47,509 nucleotides of DNA from assembly GCA_938014915.1 (NCBI GenBank), contig CALLQQ010000043.1:1-47509 (forward strand). The letters are read 5' to 3'. Below the pieces are notes generated by a model. The model was not told where the DNA came from and did not search any database. It saw only the letters and a program-made list of their open reading frames with translations. The position numbers and the translations under genes were made by a program. This stretch comes from an uncultured Clostridia bacterium. GTDB taxonomy: Bacteria; Bacillota; Clostridia; Oscillospirales; Ruminococcaceae. This document shows, one piece after another, positions 45,409 to 47,509 of the stretch (its first letter is position 1; every line of letters starts with the position of its first letter).

Positions 45409-46129
45409 AGTAGTAAAGTCATCAAAGATAAATCTAACGAGCGATACGGTCGGAATCGAAAATACTGTAATTCTACCGCCGAAAGTGGAGGAAATGCACG
45501 AGCACGAGGAAGTGGTAGAAGAAGTAATCGAATATGAGGGGATAGCACGGGAAAAGGCAGATGCTATCTTAAAAGCCGCCGAAGAAGAACTCCGCAAGGC
45601 AAATGAGCAGGCGGGGAGGATTATAAAATCGGCGAATGAGCAGGCAGAGCAAATTAAGAAAGATGCATTCGATGAGGGGTATGAGCGAGGGCAGAGTGAG
45701 AGCCGCACCAAATGCGAGAGTTATATTAAGGCGGCGGCAGGGCTAATTGCTGAAATTAATAGCAAGAAAGATGCACTATTCAAAAGATATGAAAGAGAAA
45801 TCCTAGAAACAACATTTGATATAGCGGAGAAAATCACATTAAAGATGGCGGACAATGAGAAAGATGCCATAGCACAAATGATAAAATCAGCCGCTAAGCA
45901 CTTTCGCAATTCGGACTATATAAAACTCACTCTATCCGATGTTGACGTTGCGGTAGAGGTAATATCCGATAAAGAATTCCTATCGGAAATTCTAGGTGGG
46001 ATACCGCATATTGAAACAGAATTAATTAGTGATGATGGCGGTACATTAATTCTTGATAATGGCAGTGAGATTATCGATGCATCAGTATCGACTCAACTAA
46101 ATATGATAAAAGAAATTGCAAGCAAGTAA
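45392..46129 (+). CDS. fliH: Flagellar export apparatus protein FliH
   Basis: It has an E/K/A-rich coiled-coil region followed by a FliH/YscL-type C-terminal domain. Its position between fliG and fliI fits, and it overlaps fliG by 17 nt. Confidence 0.8.
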   Translation: MKLLHKVVKSSKINLTSDTVGIENTVILPPKVEEMHEHEEVVEEVIEYEGIAREKADAILKAAEEELRKANEQAGRIIKSANEQAEQIKKDAFDEGYERGQSESRTKCESYIKAAAGLIAEINSKKDALFKRYEREILETTFDIAEKITLKMADNEKDAIAQMIKSAAKHFRNSDYIKLTLSDVDVAVEVISDKEFLSEILGGIPHIETELISDDGGTLILDNGSEIIDASVSTQLNMIKEIASK

Positions 46130-46155
46130 CACATGGGGAAGGATGGTAAAATTAA

Positions 46156-47509
46156 ATGAATTTCACCGCTCTCCGTGATGGTATAAAAGAGGCAGATTTA
46201 TATAGGTATATGGGCAAGATTGAAAAGATAATTGGTATGACGATTGAGGCATCCGGCCCGATATGTAATATTGGCGATGTGTGCAGGATATATCAAAAGG
46301 ATAGAAAAGACTATGTCTATGCTGAAGTTGTCGGATTTAATCAAGAAAAAGTCCTACTCATGCCCTATGCCGATATTGAGGGAATCGGCCCTGGTAGTAT
46401 CGTCGACAATACCGGCGACAAACTCACTATTAAAGTCGGCGATGAATTAATCGGCAGGGTAGTAGACGCAATTGGGAATCCTATTGATGGCGGCGATGAA
46501 AATCAATGCACGGACACGGTTTCAATTGGTGGCAGTGCAGTGAATCCGCTAACAAGACCGAGGATTGACACACCAATGTCGATGGGCGTAAAAGCGATTG
46601 ATGGGATGTTGACCGTTGGCAAAGGGCAGAGGATCGGCATATTTGCCGGATCGGGTGTTGGTAAAAGTACACTGATGGGCATGATAGCAAGGAATGTTAA
46701 GGCGGATCTGAATGTAATAGCTCTTGTCGGTGAGAGGGGCAGAGAAGTAAGAGAATTCATTGATAAGGACTTAGGCGAAGAGGGAATGGCGAGGACGGTT
46801 TTAGTCGTTGCAACATCGGATCAGCCGGCAATGATGAGGAGCAAATGCGCACTCACCGCAACCGCAATAGCAGAATATTTCAAAGATAAAGGCAAGGACG
46901 TCCTATTAATGATGGACTCTTTAACAAGATTCGCTATGGCGGGGCGGGAGATAGGGCTTGCAATTGGTGAACCGCCAATCGCAAGGGGATATACACCGTC
47001 GATATATTCTCAAATGCCGAAGCTCTTGGAACGGGCGGGCAATTTTGAAGAAGGATCAATAACGGGGATATATACAGTCCTAGTTGAAGGTGATGATACG
47101 AACGAGCCAATTTCCGATACGGTGAGGGGAATCCTTGATGGGCATATCGTATTATCTAGACAAGTAGCAATGCGTAATCACTACCCTGCTATTGATATAT
47201 TGGGCAGTATTTCACGTCTAATGACGGAAATTGCCGACCCGCACCAGATTGAATTGGCGGGTAAGATAAGGAATCTACTATCACTATATAATTCAAACTA
47301 TGATTTAATTTCAATTGGCGCATATAAAAAGGGCACGAACCCAGCGCTGGATGAAGCAATTGGCAAGATAGATAAAATAAATAATTTCCTCACGCAAGAG
47401 ATTAAGGAATCTTTTGTCCTAGAAGAAGTGATGCCATTAATGGAGGAAGCTTTAAGATATGAAGGTTTGTACAGTTATAGGTTTTCCCAATGGCTACAGC
47501 ACCAAGGAA
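46156..47509 (+). CDS. fliI: Flagellum-specific ATPase FliI; the ORF is open to the window edge with no stop codon seen
   Basis: This ORF is not in the supplied track because it has no stop. My hand translation from ATG 46156 gives MNFTALRDGIKEADLYRYMGKIEKIIGMTIEASGP. It has Walker A GSGVGKST, Walker B DVLLMMDSLTRFA and the F1/T3SS-ATPase motif HYPAIDIL. The frame stays open for 451 codons to nt 47509. Confidence 0.9.
   Translation, partial: MNFTALRDGIKEADLYRYMGKIEKIIGMTIEASGPICNIGDVCRIYQKDRKDYVYAEVVGFNQEKVLLMPYADIEGIGPGSIVDNTGDKLTIKVGDELIGRVVDAIGNPIDGGDENQCTDTVSIGGSAVNPLTRPRIDTPMSMGVKAIDGMLTVGKGQRIGIFAGSGVGKSTLMGMIARNVKADLNVIALVGERGREVREFIDKDLGEEGMARTVLVVATSDQPAMMRSKCALTATAIAEYFKDKGKDVLLMMDSLTRFAMAGREIGLAIGEPPIARGYTPSIYSQMPKLLERAGNFEEGSITGIYTVLVEGDDTNEPISDTVRGILDGHIVLSRQVAMRNHYPAIDILGSISRLMTEIADPHQIELAGKIRNLLSLYNSNYDLISIGAYKKGTNPALDEAIGKIDKINNFLTQEIKESFVLEEVMPLMEEALRYEGLYSYRFSQWLQHQG

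Noticed and set aside
1-47509. CRISPR arrays, transposases/IS elements, prophage genes, and toxin-antitoxin or known defence-system signatures
   Set aside because: I saw no regularly spaced direct repeats, no DDE/serine/tyrosine recombinase-like ORFs, and no phage structural genes anywhere in the six-frame track.

Overview
This 47.5-kb window looks like a chromosomal segment of a low-GC, spore-forming, flagellated Firmicute, probably a member of the Clostridia. All family assignments were made by eye from conserved motifs, and no database search was run. The window is mostly housekeeping. It starts inside gpr, followed by spoIIP, tadA, a split chrA pair, an RND-pump/TetR operon, an M20 peptidase, metG-tatD, a GGGtGRT/NifU-like pair, secA-DUF1015-AGE epimerase, a small ComFB protein, a MATE pump, a LysM/G5/M23 peptidase and luxS. 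Next come an RluA-type pseudouridine synthase and a Trp T-box-controlled trp operon that reads trpE-D-C-F-A, with no trpG and no trpB. Two single tRNAs, Pro-CGG and Thr-CGT, flank a GH74-like glycosidase and a DtxR-like repressor, and visibly AT-richer orphan genes lie outside them. The right end carries the start of the flagellar operon (flgB, flgC, fliE, fliF, fliG, fliH, and fliI open to the window edge). I saw no CRISPR array, transposase, integrase or prophage. The most interesting region is 37.1-41.6 kb. It holds a compact operon encoding a PilZ protein, a Cache/HAMP/PAS/GGDEF diguanylate cyclase, an orphan ParA-type ATPase and a translationally coupled ComFB-domain protein. This operon sits directly upstream of flgB, which has its own roughly 350-nt leader containing a strong promoter followed by a 13-bp intrinsic terminator, the architecture of a riboswitch or sRNA. 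Secondary leads are: (1) the GGGtGRT/NifU-like pair of unknown function; (2) an AT-rich three-gene membrane module next to tRNA-Thr; (3) an orphan promoter-to-terminator unit with a 29-codon hydrophobic ORF upstream of metG; (4) a MATE gene whose natural N-terminus begins at ATA; (5) a deoC-like internal fragment in the last 50 nt where fliI should terminate.
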